Of a stretch of DNA of 64,000 nucleotides, positions 63,600 to 64,000 are shown piece after piece (the first letter of the stretch is position 1; the number at the start of each line of letters is the position of its first letter). Under the pieces are notes generated by a model. That model was not told where the DNA came from. It did not search any database and saw only the letters and a program-made list of their open reading frames with translations. This DNA comes from a virus. The DNA lies in IMG/VR virus record IMGVR_UViG_3300014158_000003, positions 1 to 64,000 of that record; one strand, 5' to 3'. Made by a program: the position numbers and the translations under genes.

Positions 63600-64000
63600 G
63601 TGCCCGTCCACTCCCGCGGCCGCGGGTGCTACCAGTGGGGCCAGCACGGCAAGGTCTACTGCGGCCCCGGCGCCCGCCAGAAAGCCGAGCGGCAGGGGCG
63701 GGCGGCGCACGCGCGCGGGTACGGCCTGCGCGAACCGTCGAGCGACTGGGAGGACGCGCTCGTCCGCGGCGACGCGCGCTACGTCCCCGCTGGTGTCGCA
63801 CCGCAGATGCCGGGCGTCGTCGCGCGAGCGCGCGCGGCCGGCGCGCGCCCACCGCTCGAGTACGTGGGCGCCGGGATGACCGGCGTCGTCCTCTGCGCCG
63901 GCGACGTCGCGTACAAGGTCGCCCGGGACACGCGCCCGATCGACCACCAGTTCTTCGAGGAGGAGGCCGATTGGCTCGCGGCGGCCTCGCAGGTCCCCGC
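63600..64000 (+). CDS. Partial protein: small phage domain fused to a protein-kinase-like N-lobe (runs off window)
   Basis: Own translation MPVHSRGRGCYQWGQHGKVYCG...LEYVGAGMTGVVLCAGDVAYKVARD...FEEEADWL. Confidence 0.6.
   Translation, partial: MPVHSRGRGCYQWGQHGKVYCGPGARQKAERQGRAAHARGYGLREPSSDWEDALVRGDARYVPAGVAPQMPGVVARARAAGARPPLEYVGAGMTGVVLCAGDVAYKVARDTRPIDHQFFEEEADWLAAASQVP

Overview
A very GC-rich 64 kb window that reads as part of a large bacterial virus or provirus. No rRNA, tRNA, CRISPR array, integrase, terminase, portal or sheath gene is recognisable. The host is possibly a myxobacterium; this is inferred only from GC content, a DAG-rich Cys-rich lipoprotein and an orphan receiver domain. 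The window contains: (i) a HigBA-type TA pair, a Fic/antitoxin pair and orphan antitoxins; (ii) two glycosyl/methyltransferase clusters; (iii) three Thr-rich collagen-like fibre proteins; (iv) a minus-strand run of acidic proteins (18.4-24.3 kb), including Ocr-like and ArdA-like candidates; (v) three lysozyme/SLT-like genes; (vi) a putative virion module (36-63 kb) with a LysM protein, a transglutaminase-like Cys enzyme, a 1112-aa histone-like protein, a candidate major capsid gene followed by a terminator, a GIY-YIG endonuclease and many membrane-anchored proteins. The most striking signal is a shared peptide tag, E-[HST]-[VIL]-x-R-[GN]-G-x2-4-F/L-G-[VL]-G, on about 10 otherwise unrelated, mostly membrane-anchored proteins. 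The tag's G[VL]G(D) core also marks domain boundaries inside large proteins. A second [VAL]-x-E-(A/S)-RR motif links domains in basic/acidic cargo-like proteins. Together these suggest an undescribed virion sorting/maturation code in a possibly tailless, membrane-containing virus. All family assignments are by-eye motif recognition; no database search was run.
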